Assembly (NCBI GenBank): GCA_965655095.1
Contig: OZ296648.1
Location: 49,414,001 to 49,478,000, forward strand
Source: Haplodiscus bocki
Taxonomy: Eukaryota
Direction of reading: 5' to 3'
DNA length: 64,000 nucleotides
In this document: positions 25,706-39,195 of the stretch, in pieces
How the letters are laid out: every line of letters begins with the position of its first letter
Numbering within the stretch: the stretch's first letter is position 1
Program-made: the position numbers and the translations under genes
Notes under the pieces: model-generated
Seen by the model: only the letters and a program-made list of their open reading frames with translations
Database searches by the model: none
What the model was told of the DNA's origin: nothing

Positions 25706-27449
25706 ATTTTTCTTTCAACCAAATGCATGGAAGACAGGAAAAAAATGTGGAAGTTTCCAAGCAGGCGGAAGAGAATGGGATTATTTGCCCCCTGGCCGTT
25801 TCTGGGACGAAAGCACCAATCCACCCAGTACAGCATGATTCCACTTTCCTATGAAGAAGGATACTCCGTCACGCTGTAGAGTGTGAGACACTACTACTTG
25901 ATATTTGTAACGCAGATTGCAAAAGAATTCTTCCTGAAGCACTATTCAAACACTTCTAATGAAAGGTTGATGTTTTTCAATGCTTGCACGACAAAACTTC
26001 TATTCGGTGTCACACCAAACCACTGATTTGAGTCATCAAACACTGGCGGCATTACATATAAGTGTCACCATTGGCACTTTCAGCTCTTCAGTCAACCAGT
26101 GTCAAGGCAAACTCTTCAAGTCCTAACAAAAGGTTCCCAACCACATCGACCACGGTTCTGAGTTAACATCCAATGGGCAGCATTTTGTTATCGTGTTTAT
26201 CTTTTTTCGTGGAGGCCGATTTATTGTAGGACTTACTACAGCAGTAGATCGAAAAACTCAAATCACCAGGACGTTCAGACAAACTAGGAGTGCTTTTAAA
26301 TTCCACTTAAGGATAAACCATGAAACCCGTCAGTTTAAAAGTCCAATGATAACAAAAGAGAGATGCAGAGTTAAGCCGCCAAGCAAAAACTTCCTTGTTC
26401 AAAAGATAAGTTGTCAGCCATATATCCCGATGTGAAACAAACTCTGTGCGCAATTTTCGCAACAAAACTCTGTCAACTGTACATGCTCTTTTGTGAGCCA
26501 CCGGTGAAATAGCAAGAAGATTCCATTAATTCCTTATTGTGTGCAGTTACTGCCAGGAACACGAAAAAGAGAAAAAAATCATACTGTTGCATTTTGCCCA
26601 GGTCTTCTCTTACCACGGTTAAAAGCAGCTTTTCCAGGAATTTCCAAAATTGACGTAAACTTTAGTAGCAGACCAATCACTGGAAAAAAGAGAACATTCA
26701 AAAGTGCATAAAACTTGTACACGACTCTATTTTGCCAAAACAACACAGTCTCCTCTCTACTCTGGTAATGAACAACTTAGCAGGGAAATTCTTGACTTGT
26801 TGATAGACAAGGATCTCTCAAACCTTCAGTTCCTTCTAGAACATCATCTTTGAACAAAACTTGATTGTAAAAGTCGGTGACAATTGGGAAGTCTTTGTTC
26901 CGTTCCAAAAAGGAACTGCTTCACGCATATCTTCCCTCCACTTTGAGTACATCCAATGTCTCGTGCCATCGTTTGCAAACAAAGCCGTCAAATCTTTCAC
27001 TGAGCTACTAAATGTTCTGGTAACAGTTCTGGTAAACTAGCTCATTTTTAGTACCACGTCGCCCCCAACAAAACGCCAGATTAATTTACTGCCTGAACAA
27101 TGTGTTGCTGGTGTCAAAAACACAACGAAAAAAGTTGTGGAAAAAAATCAAAACAATGAAACGACGGTGCGTAAAAAAAGGCTGGAACGGTTGTTTTAAA
27201 CAAAAAACCCGTTTTGCTTTTGTTCGGGACCATCAACGAAAAGCGTTCAATTGGAATACTATTTGTTATGACGAGCGGTCAGTTCTTGTTTGTGAAGGTT
27301 ACTTTGTTGTATAAGACTCGTATACTCGTGTCGTCAACACGTAGAGACCTTTGGACTTTTACTGTTAGCCAGCGCCGTGTTTTTCATAGAGAAGTTCTTT
27401 CCAAATAAAACTTTTTTGTCTAAGTCTTTGATACTGAGATGCAAGATCG

Positions 27450-28900
27450 CTCACTGGCAAGCACCAGGAAGTTCAAAACGTTCAACAAATTTTTCAAATG
27501 GATTGCCCCAACAATAGTTCTCAGGCCACTCTGAAAAAAAATGGCTTTAATTTGGCTCAATTCTATCAAAACTTGTTTAATGCATCGCCACATGGAACGC
27601 CACGCCACCCTTGCTTTGGTATCGAGTTACCAGATTCCTGCGTTGATGCACACAAGTTTAAGCTGGCCAATTTAAACTAGAAAATCCAGAACCAAAAGTT
27701 CGAGCCTGATATGCAACTGAAGAATCGCAAATGTAAATTAAGTCTAGTCTTGTTGAGATTTGTGTCCGAAACTGTTCAGTTATTTCTCTTTTTAGCGTTA
27801 CCTAACCATCAGCTACTGCTGAAAAATTCAATTTTCGACTTTCGATTGGCTCTTTGGCGGCCACTAGAGGGGAGAAGCAGGTCATGTTTTGTTTTTTTTT
27901 CAGAAATGGTCTCCGGGATAAAGGCACCAAAAGCTGACTCGGCTGTGCATTCAAAAGTCAAAGAAAAGCCAAATGCCGGCGTACTTCGCCTCATGGTTTT
28001 GAATTTTTTTGAATATTTCAAATGATTTCTGGAGAATAAGTTCAACACCCACGGTAACTTTGGGTGGACTTGGTATTTCATAGTCTTCAGGAACGGTTTA
28101 TCCATTTTGTGAGTTGAATCTTCCTTGGATAACCCTTTGAAACTACAGTACATTCTCATAGATTTAGTTTTTCGAAGTTTTGAAGAAGCATTTTCATCGA
28201 CTGCCAATCCGGCCACCTGAGCCGACACATTGTTTCTTCATGTCCGCATTAACAGAATTTTTGTAAAAATCCGTTTCTAATCAACTTGGCTTTGCAACGT
28301 GAATTGCTGGAATTCCAATTGAAATGTGCCGATAACTCTGCTTACTGTTTTCTTTCGTATGATATCGACCCTGTTATGATACATGAAAATTACTACATGT
28401 GAAAGCTGTGTAAAGGACGTTTCTGCCGACTATGCGATAGATTTGCCAGAAGAAGGTGAAATGATGGCAAGATAAAAGGAAGTCATGTTTTTCCTTATCC
28501 CCTAGTACAAGTCAACAACTTTCAATGCATTTCTGAAAACCAAAGATCTGATTGTACTTAATAAACGGAGGCTTGGTGACTTTACTGTTCCTGGTTGGTC
28601 GACAGGCTCACTTCTGGCTCTGATTGTAACAATCGACTCACCACTGCAAACGTGTATCCTTAACAAAACAACATGGGAATCAATCAGGTATTGCAGCTTC
28701 CAGAGACCAGGAGTGAATAAAGGGTCAGTTTGATCATTATTTTCATCTCAACGGATCGAAGTTCATACTTTTTAATACGGAAACCAGCGCTGATCCAATT
28801 GAACACGCTCGCAGTTTTTCGCAACAGTTAGCAAAGCCCCAGGCAAATTACAGGGTAAGCAATAGTTTTCTATCTAACCTTGAAAAAAATTCCAAAAGAT
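27450..28900 (-). mobile_element. Decayed BEL/Pao pol (RT-RNase H) relic
   Basis: Remnants AESAFGAFI (DASxxAFGAV), PLVAAKEPIESRKLNFSAVADG*VTLKREI (VAPxxxxSIPRLELxAAV), ICDSSVAYQ (WxDSxxVLxW) and FFQSG, in the expected order. Confidence 0.6.
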
Positions 28901-29571
28901 AGTAAATGAAATAGACCGGAGCAATGTTGCCATATCATTTCAAGAAACAACAAGGTACCTGCATCGGCAGGATTTGCTCAGCAAGAGTTCCTAGGTTCTT
29001 CAACTTTGTCCACTGAGCAGAGTACTCTCAGTTAGGATGATTTTGCAGGCTTAGGTAAACAACAATTCTACTAATTAGCTGTTCAGTGAGGCGAAGCCGA
29101 CGTTTGTCTAAATAAGAGGAAAAGGTTTCACTAAATCCCAAAAACAGCCCTAGAAACAACAAGATTGCCATCATCTAGGAAACGATTCTCCAAAAGAACA
29201 GCTTCGAGATCTTCATGACCGAGTCAAACAAGAAGGTCACAAACAGATATATTAACTAAAGCATTATTTTTAACAAAAAAAGGAATCACTAACAAAAAAC
29301 AATGCGTTCCGAAAGCGGACCACCATCCAAAATATGGCAAAATTTCAAACATTCAGAACAACAGCAATAACAACTTTGTCAGTTTATTACGAATCTAGAA
29401 AAAAGCAATTTGTTTCCTCATGTGGCAGAAATGAACCCCACGCGCCATCTAAATTCAGAAAAAGGGTCCAACTTTTTTCTTAGAAGTCTGCAGATGGATT
29501 TTAATCTTGGCTATACAACAAACTTGGCATCACCAGACATGTTTTCCAAATGATGAATCATTCGTTTGGTC

Positions 29572-30193
29572 TGTTATGGGGACTGATGTGTGCCCCAGCC
29601 AGATGTAGTCACTACACAACCTTACCCTCCACATTGACTAGTAACTACCACACATATTGGATCCTCGGTCATTCTAAACGTAGTGATTCAAATCACGGAA
29701 CATCTAGGATCGGAACGAGTTGACGACTCGCATAACTGTGTTCACACTTTTAATTACTTGTGCCAGTTTCCCGAATACCGTTTATTAGAATTGACTGATG
29801 TCGACCCTTTGCTTTTGGATCAAGTCTTTTAGAATTGAATGGTTAGAGAGTTGCCTGGACAGAGCCCTAAAATTGCAAAACTTTCTAATGTAAAATTGTT
29901 TGGTTACCTTGGTTAAGGGAGAACAAAAAAATAATTTTGAGTTAAAACGGGAACCTGCATTTTTACTGTGAGAAAGTTCTTCTGTTTTCTGTTAGAACTA
30001 TCTTTCGTCCCTGTTCAATTTTAGGCTATAGTTTAATTTTACTCATGTTTCCCTCGAACTCGTGCCGTTTTAGAGCAGTAGTTTTATGTGTCAATTTTCC
30101 CGTGTTTCTTTGGTAACTAAAATAACTTACCACTTCAACCAAAGCTCCCGCCTCGCGTAATTGGCCAGCTGTGAGGATCAAACAAGATTCACA
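29572..30193. repeat. Possible solo LTR
   Basis: TGTTAT...TTCACA termini around ~620 bp of non-coding sequence. No TSD match and no partner copy in the window. Confidence 0.3.
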
Positions 30194-31499
30194 TTTTAAG
30201 AGTTTTCTTTGTCATTCGAGGAAAATGATTTTCAATTGAGAACAGTAGCCAAACCAACAGACAGAAATTTTCAAATTTCAATTCTCGGCCTCCCATTCTT
30301 CCGAGATTGCAGTTTTTCTTCCTAACAACGTGTGCTTTGCAACTTAACTGAGTTGTACGTTTTGAAAAACGATCTTGAAAGCTTCTCATATTGCTAAACT
30401 TAAAGTTTCAATAGCTTTTTAACAAAAATTTCTTGTCCAAAAAATAACGAAACATTTTAGCAAAAACGTAAGGTCATTTTTTCACAAAAAATGCGGCTTT
30501 TCACTTTAAAACCAATATTTTTCTAAAGTTCAAAGGCCGAAGTAAAAAATCGATCGACATTCGAATTTCTCCACAAAGCACATTGATTGTCAATTTTGAG
30601 AACCCAGTCGTCATGTTGCATACGTACATCCAAACTGTCGAACTCTTTTTGCCACGCAATATTCACAAACGTATGTAGACTCCAGAAACCAAAACTGAAC
30701 AAAACCTACAAAAATGTTTGTCACCTGCCAGATATTTAACGATCCACACTGATAACAACTACTCCTGAAATATTGTACCGAGAGCGAAAGTTTTTTTTGA
30801 TGAATGTACTCATTAGTTTCATCAAACTAAGGAGAGTTGGTCTGGTTCACACTTATAGAAACTCTATGTCTTGGAGAAACGGAAAAAGCAAACCCAAAAA
30901 TCGTGGTCTTGATTAAAACCAAAATGGTTTTTTGTGCCTTTGTTGCTGACTTCGGAATTACTCAATTTTGAAAGAAAAATTAGACTACAGTTTTTTCAAA
31001 TGCCTAGTCTTTACTGGAAAATCTGCAAAAGATGACCGGGTAGTTTTTGCACAAACAATCAATAAGAAAAGTCATGGGAAAAGCAAACAATCAAGACAAC
31101 CAAGCGAAAGTCAACAAAAAAGACATTGCGTGATCCCGTTCGTTCTGATTTTCTCCATTTTGTTGAGGCAAAACAGGCCTCAACATGATTCAATTAACAT
31201 TCATTATGGTTTTTCGCCGCGTTAAACGATCATCAAGAAATGAAGCATTCTGATTTAACATTAGTCTCGGTGAAATTCAAAAACATTGACAACCTAGTTG
31301 ACTTCAAAAATAAAGCAGTGAAGTCCGGAATTCAAACTCATCTGCTAAAGTTCGCTCATGGAGATTTGGAAGGCTTCTTCTTGTTTGTTTGGCATTTGAA
31401 TTGATTCTTTCTCTGAAATACCTAAAAAAAAGTCATTCCCAATGCTTCAAAAGGCACACCTAGTGAAATTAGCCTCGCGAAACTTTCGGAACAGAAGAC

Positions 31500-34400
31500 A
31501 ATGAAAGAGCTTTCCGAGTCACCAGAAGAACTAGTCCTCTACTCAAAGAAAAAGAACAGCCCTGTATGGAGAACTGCAACAAATATGAAAGTTCTTGCTG
31601 CTGTAGCATTCTGCAGGAGCACTGTTTCTTTTCACTGGTAAGCCTTTCCGTTCAGGAGCCGCGGAAAATTATCAGGAATTTGTGTTTTCATATATTACTT
31701 TTTTGTCAATGACTTTTTTCGCTGATCCTTTTCTCCAAAAATTGAATCACTGTTCCAGTAACGCCTAACCATGAAAACCTATCAAAATAGTGTCAGTGTA
31801 GCACAGTCAGAAACGAAGAAACATTTACGGAAAAGACCTTTTAAACTCACTGGAAAACATTAAATTTGTTCTTGTCTGAGAGAAAAACTGCAATGGTATC
31901 ACTTTTCGAGCCAATTTTGAACTAAGAAAGGGGTGCATCGGGACGGAATGCGGAACTTTGTGACCGCATTTCATCAGAAGGTAAGTTCAAACACTGGAAG
32001 TGCGCCGTTTTTCTGCAACCTTCAGTCGAGTCATGGTAATATAATTTTTAGAAAACCAACCTCCCGACATATTTGTTGTCATGCCACAAAAACACGCGCC
32101 GTGGTCCCAGCAACCGAATAAGAAGTAGCGTTTTCTCTTGTTCGTGCATAACTAATTTTGAAATAATGGGCAATTCTCGAAAAAAGACTTTTCAATTTGG
32201 CAAGGCTTGAAAAGAGTAACAATTTTCTTTTTTTTGAAGAAACGACAAAACCTCTTCTATTGTTTTTGAAGACGCACGATGCCAAAACTGGATAACTTTG
32301 TTTTTGCAAAAGGAACTCGAAAATTAGGTGGTTTACGGCTGTACTGACCTGAAACAATTTGTAGACAAACCTTTCCTCAAAAGGCCTGACAGAGAACCAG
32401 AAACTTTTACCTTTTGAAAAAACGTTGCCCCTGCAATATGCAATCCTGTTGATTAAAAATGACCAAAAAAACATCAGGGTACGCTACGTTCAATTTAGCA
32501 AATTTGTAGTAGAAGTACTGCTTGTCTAAAGTTGGAAAAGTAACCAAGGAATTTTATATCTTCTATGAGATTTAGAAAACGTTTCATTCAAGTCTTCATG
32601 ACGTAATCACAACCAGAGATCCCGTAAAAAGCGTGGTTGACACAGCTGCAAAGTCAAGCAACCCAATAAACAGTTGTGATAATCAATTTTTTCAACGAAC
32701 AATAAAAAACAAATCGAACGCCATCAATGTTTTTATGCAATCAATGTTTTTTTTTGTTTTCGGGGAGCAAAACTGCAATCAGTAAGAAGCTGATGTTTCA
32801 AAGTATACTGATATAAACTATCGAAAATTTGTCAAAAGTAGTAATTTATCTTGTATTTCAACGCAAACGGGAACCATTGGCACTTAGTTTGCCTTTCAAA
32901 CGACACAAAACCTGGAACACTACAAAACACACAGAGTGTTGCGCGCGGTCAAGGATCTGAGAGCCCGAAGAGACGCTAGCTCAAACATGTATTGGTGGTA
33001 AAAGCAACAAACGTGAAAGACTATTAGGAAAACTGTCTTTGTTCTCCAATTTCGTCATGGAACTTCCAATAAAAGTCATTTGAGCACCACATCTATCCAT
33101 CCAACAGAAAGTATCTTCTCATTCTATTTCATCGACATTGAAATCAACCTTTAGCTCAAGCATTAAAAAGTACTGTTCTCATGAAACAAATCATTGTCAA
33201 AATTGGCAGTTTTCTCACTACTTCCACTACGTTCTCGTGGAAACGTAATCGAAAACTTTGGTCATCGGGTATTTCCCGGAAGTTTTTCAACTCGTGGCTT
33301 TCTCAAAAGGTCATGGAGTCCGTTCGGCACCGAGTTGAGTTGAGTTACGGTTGCCAAAAAAATACAAGAGCATATGTGTCAACAGGGCTGTTTTTTACTC
33401 ACTATGTGCGTAAACATCAAAAGAATTGACACCAGCTCAAATATCGGTTCGTGAGACGCACCGTAGTGGTATATCTAATTAGGAGTCACGATTTTTACTG
33501 TTTCCACAAGTAGACAGAACCCAAAGTTCTTCGACCCCTTACCATACCTTGCCATGCTTTCAATCCGATTTTATTTGCCACTTGAGAGTAAGAGATTACA
33601 CTGAACACGATGTTGAAGTGACAAAAACTTCAAGACACAAAACTGAAGCAAAGACTTGAAAATGCATTGTCGTTATCAATTCTTGTAGCAAAAATGCTCA
33701 TAAAATTGAAAGAAACCCAACCTTTAATAAGTTGGGTTTAGAAAATTTCTGCTTTGTTTTCCCCAAGTAAACTTGTTATCAGCTGTATGCTCGGGTGTCG
33801 AGATATCAATGGCAGAAAAATCTTGAGATATGAGGCAATTTCTCTCATTTTTCAAGTTGAAAGTTGTTCAGAGGTGCTTTTTTCAGGAGGCCACAGAAAA
33901 ATTCCAATCATTTTGATGACGTTTGTTCAAAGAACAAGGGGAGTCGTTGAACATCGAGTTGAGACAAAGCTCATGTGTCGAGACAGCAAATCCGAACCCA
34001 ATGGTTCTAAAATTTATACGTTTGTAAAGACTGCTGATTTGTTCCAAAAAAGCGAAGAGGAAAAACCTCGAACAATTTTGCTTTCTTCACATGGTCAAAA
34101 ACTTTTTCCAGAAACGGAAACGAACGTTTTCGTTCTTCCTTTTCACTTCTATATTGTATATATTGAATCTTGGTAACTCATCACAACGATTGTTTCCCAA
34201 ACAAATCTCTATGAAATGTGCATTACTGGACTCGCATCGTCAATCGCACTACTGGAAAAGATAAATTTTGCGACTGCCACTGAAGCCGCAGATCTTGTTC
34301 TGTTACCTTTGATTCCGTTTATGCTGATATTTTCAAGCACATTAAGTTTCAAAAAAATTACCGGACCCATTTTCCTGTGCAGCGTGTTACTTGGAAGTAC

Positions 34401-35600
34401 TTCGGGTCGTCATCAATTCGTTTGATGAGGTGAGGAAGCTGCCGAAGGATTGTTGTTACTTCTCTTCTGCTTTTTGTTGACTATCACCCACAGGTCCACG
34501 GAGGCTCGCAGTGGCACAGTCTGATCAATCCCCAACTCCCAGACTAGTGATAGTGAGCACCGGAGTGCGCAGAGGATGTTGTGTTGAGTTTTTCTCAGTA
34601 GCCCTCTCTGCATTATGGTTGATGATTGTCACTGGGTCATTTTTTGCAGCCAAAGGCGGCCCCGTTTTGAATACAGAGGCGTCGAGCAACTTTTCTTTAA
34701 CCTATTTTGCTATAAAAATGACAATTAGGTTCGGGGAATTGCCATCAACGGATGTGTTTGAAGTCAACTCGGTGGGAGCTAAGTTTTGTGTGCCGCAGAA
34801 AAACACACTCACATTTGAGAAGACTGAAAACGCAACTCAGGCTCTGCTCGCGTTTGTAAACATTTCTGGTTTTTGATGAAGGTCTTGGGCTCTGTCTGAA
34901 ACAACTGACCAAGAATTTTTTTAACGCTGAAGCCCTTAAAAACAAACGTTCAATGTTTTCTCAGGTATGTAAACAATTCTGAAAAGGTTCTCCCTGAAAC
35001 ATATTCTGTAAATTTGAAGAAAAATTTTTTCCACGAAGTTTATCTTGGCAATTCGGCACTCTGTTTGTTATGCTGGTAAAGTATGGCAAAAACTAACCAG
35101 ATAGGCAGTCTTTTGGAAAACAGCACTTGGTTCCAGTTTTTTCAGGCGACTTTTGTTTTGTTAATGTTTGAAAGCAGTTTGTGGAGTTGGTGTGGATCAC
35201 GAGTCCTATCTTCATCATGGACGTGTTTGAAGAAAAAATGTTTTGTGTTTTAAATATATCTTTCAAACACTGGATGTTTTGCTTCACAATACGTCAAGTA
35301 GTTTTCAAAGCTTACCAAATTAACGTCCATTAGTTCAAACTTCGCAAAAAATTGGCTTTGAACCTCTGAACGGCTCACAGTTTTTAACAGACCTGCGAGA
35401 CACAAAAAACGCACAGTATTTCTGATTCGATAAGTTGCGATCATTATCTCGAAGGCGTCTGCACAACCGTTCGAAGTCGTTGATTTGAGACAGACAACCC
35501 ACAAGAAGCGACTCAAAGTGACGGCCGATAGATTTATGAATTTGGCTCCAAAATATTCTCTGGCCAATTACGAAATCAACACAACATCTTTCACTTCGCC
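31500..35600 (-). mobile_element. Decayed BEL/Pao LTR retrotransposon (gag-PR-RT-RH-IN remnants)
   Basis: In order: gag-like 35250-35567; PLGSDL (TPLGWV); YIPLRCV..SFDVYA (YLPHH..VFDAA); KILSVGW (KVLGxxW); FHVCC..FCVV*KAN*VPM (LHVFCDAS..GKAKVAP); NRIAYCRG..SFWFS (NPAD..RG..W); GRLQK. Confidence 0.65.
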
Positions 35601-37398
35601 GATAACTGACAGTTTTGCGTTCCTAAAAACGTTTTTTGTGCGTTTCGTGCATGTTTTGCTTGAAATCAAAGAGCGGTAAACATGGTTGGGAGTGCCATTT
35701 CATCGCTTTGGTTGAAACTTGCTTGCCAACAATTTCTGTTGCTTTTCCGAGTTGTAGGAGGCATTCCGAGTGTTAGCAGCTACTGCGAATGGTCTGTCGT
35801 TTACAATGGGATTGCTTTTCAAAGCAAATCTCACATGGAGGATCATCAAAAAAATTCGATTTGATTTATAGATCTGCACAGTTGAAATGCAGGGCAACTT
35901 TTCTGAACTCTCATCACGAGGTTTTTGAAAGATCCACAGAACAGTTTCTTTGGCGCCATTTCAAACTTGAGCATTTCATTTAGTAAAACAAATGATGTCG
36001 GATTTACTATCGAATTTGACTCGTTTGTCAGACGATTCTGCAAACTTCGACCAATTTTCAACTTAAAACTAGTTTGTCTAGAGTAACTGCTAGGCAGGTA
36101 CTTGGACAACGTATCTCAACCAAATTGCGAAACTGGTTGAGTAGTGATTTCCATGTAGACAGGGAGTGCAATCTTTAGACCTGTTGACTCGGTCGCTTTA
36201 TAGGACGGCCTTCAAGCTTTGCCGAGACTGCACAATTAATTCCAAGTATTACCGACAGACGCAGACTGTCTTACACCTCCAGTGTTTGTTTTCATGAAAA
36301 CCTTGAGTTTGCCTATCCTCTTGTTTCTCATTCTTCACATGAAAAAAAATTCGTTAGTTACGATAAGAACCTCTACAACGCTACCTTTGATGTCGTGGCA
36401 AGGTCTCAATTTACCCCATATTGAGAGAATTATCATTTTCAGTAGACCTGAAAATCGAGCTCGTGCGAGTAATTAACTAATAGGCTTGAGTGAAGCTTTA
36501 CGCTTCAAACAGAAACTTTCAAAGCGCTTTCTTTCACGGTGAAGCATTGATCTTTTGGCATGATGGTTCAGCCTTTTCAAGTTTTTGCTTTATAAAGTTC
36601 AACAGGCAATCAGGAAGTAAATTTTTATGCTTTTTTTACAGTAACTAACAAGCAGAGTCTTTTAGAAACATGTTCAGTAATTCATGTACCAATAAACTGT
36701 ACAAAAGTTTCGCAAACTCGTCATCTACGCTCAAAGACAATTGACCTGTTGAGCTCTAAAGTTTCTAAGGGCTCATCACCGGAACAATTAGAAAATTATC
36801 TCAACGTTCTAATGACTCTAACGTTCTGATCACTCGTCAAACGGCTCGAAAAATGTTGGTCATTTTATAAACTTCCACTCTTATGTTCCGCTCACCGAAC
36901 TGATGACTGAGTATTCCAATCCCCTCTGTATCTGTTCTGGACACTCTATTGAAAATTTTTATTTGGGTCACGCCGAAATTGAGAAATTTGTCTGTTGGAT
37001 CATTTTAAACGCAGAGCCAGTAAATGAACGTTCCAACTCGGAGCAGCCACAACTAGTCCTGTAGGTTTAAATTTCGAACAGCCTTATCAAACATGTTCTT
37101 CGCAACATGTTCGCTCCCTGGACCTTCTAGTTTTTCGAAGTCATTCCTTTGTAATCATCCAATGAATTCACTTTCAGCCTTTTTAAAATTCCAGCCCGTT
37201 ATGATTTTTCTTGAAGGATTTGGTAGGATTTATGAAACTTAAAGTGGGTTGAAGCCGTTGAGCAATTTTTCCTGGTTGCTTATACAGTTGATAAGTTATA
37301 TCAAACCTGATCCCGCAGGCCTTACTGCAGAGACATAGCAGTTACGTTCCGTAACAGTTCGCTTATTCTTTGTCTCGGGGCAGGTACATAATGTCCAA

Positions 37399-39195
37399 AA
37401 CAAGCCGACGAAAGTCCTAAGCTGTCTGAAAGTTAGGGTTAAAGAATGTTGTCGGTCCCACAATTTCTCCGAAAAGTTGAAAAAACAGAGGCGCTAGGGT
37501 GCTTAGCCTAAGACTCGCGAAGGCACTCAACCTCTTAATTACATTGCCGACCACAAACTTGAGCAGTTCCAGTAACTATGTGGCAAAACTCGGAGGGATT
37601 AGGCAGAGAACAACCAAAAGAGATTACAACGGAGGTTCAAGGTAACTATCCTAACTTCAAACAAAATTTAGCTGAAAAATAAAATTTTATCATCTATAAA
37701 GTCAACCAAGAGCCAGCTGTTGTTTATAAAACGCCGTCTCAGATCAGTAAGGTTCCAAAAGCTGGAAACAAGGCCGTTTAGTAAGAAAAACAAATCTGGA
37801 GAGAGAAATTCTTCCTAAAAAATCGTGTTTTCTCGATAAGTTAGTTTTCTTTGAAAACTTGAATGAAAAACCGTTCGCCCAACCCCAAGGTCACATGAAC
37901 ACTCAATAGATGCTAAGAGTTAATAGGAGACACAGATTCGAGGCATTTTTCCTGTTGATGAGAGTCGTCGTGAATTATTGCGAAGGGCAGAAACAATTTT
38001 AAGAAAAAACTGATCTACATCTAAAGAATACCTTGGCCAGACCATCGATCTACAACCGAGCGTACCCTGAAAAGCCCTTCATTGCTTTTCCAGGTAATCC
38101 AATGGGTGTCATGACGCCCAGTTCACTTTTATTGTTTGTACAACTGGACAAAAATCTTTGGAAAGGTTGACAGGTCTCAAGGAAACTTTTTTTGAAAATC
38201 TTTGGCAATAAAACGATGAAAAGAAATCGCTCGGAGTCGAAACTTGCCCTGGGGCCGACTGCTGTAGATATTGCTTACTTCTTTCAATTCAAGTGATAAG
38301 CATCATTTTGAGGCATGTTGGAAGCGCTGAACTTTGGATAAAGCAAAAACATTTTTGAAAATTACATTTTCCACTAAATTTTTGGCCAAAATCTTATGGT
38401 AAAATCAAAAAAGTTTCAGCTAAAAACTGAAAGCAACAAACGTTTCCTTTTGTACCACCTAACCAACACTGCGATGCCATACATGGGATATGAGATCAGA
38501 GAGTTCCGGCAAAGTAACACTTGCCCTCTGAAAAAAAATTGGTTTTCAATTGTTTTCAAAAGTTTCGGCCGCCAAAAACTTCGACTTCGGTCAACTACGA
38601 CGTTGCCAATGCAGCTAAGCAATAGGCAAGCGGATCCTACATATGCGCGGGTAGAAACTGAGAGTCAAAGTTATGAGAAGCAGAGGGCAATGGGGAATGT
38701 CTAAAAAGTTCAGAAAAATCCACTTTTTTGACAAAACTGGCCAAAAACAGATTGGTGAAATTATCACAGCACGCCGTTGAATAAAATGGTGTTCCATTGT
38801 TTATTGCAAAATCATTAGGTTTTTAAAGCTTTTTGTAAAACTGGGACTCAAAAAATACCCCTTTGACAAAGAGAATTTTCGAATGTTGAAGATTTTTTAT
38901 GCTAATAACTGGCCGAAAAAATTCTAGTGGCTGAAAATTGAGGATATGAGACATTGTGAACCCACTCTAGTGTCTATTCAAAAACTCGATGAATCCGACC
39001 AATGTTTGCTGAGATTAGGTCTAAGGAGATGAAACGCAGAGGGTTGTCACGTACGGGAAAAAGAAATAATTTTGATGTCTTTATGAGAATAGGTTCCGCT
39101 CTACTGGCCTAAAAAAGGCAAAAATGGCAGAGAGATGAACTAGGCAATCGAGCAGAATAGTATCAAGCATGAAGTCGTCAGCATCGTAAAAAAAC
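37399..39195. mobile_element. HINE-like element carrying one diverged monomer (37488-39102) of the 1655-bp array unit
   Basis: Starts AACAAG, then hairpin cctaagct..agttagg and gtcgg. The interior is colinear with one array unit (e.g. gattaggcagagaacaac..cggaggttcaag.taacta, ccccaaggtcacatg, tgatgagagtc, ttgccctctgaaaaaaa, gggcaatggggaa) and stops at the same tccgctc point as the array. Confidence 0.8.
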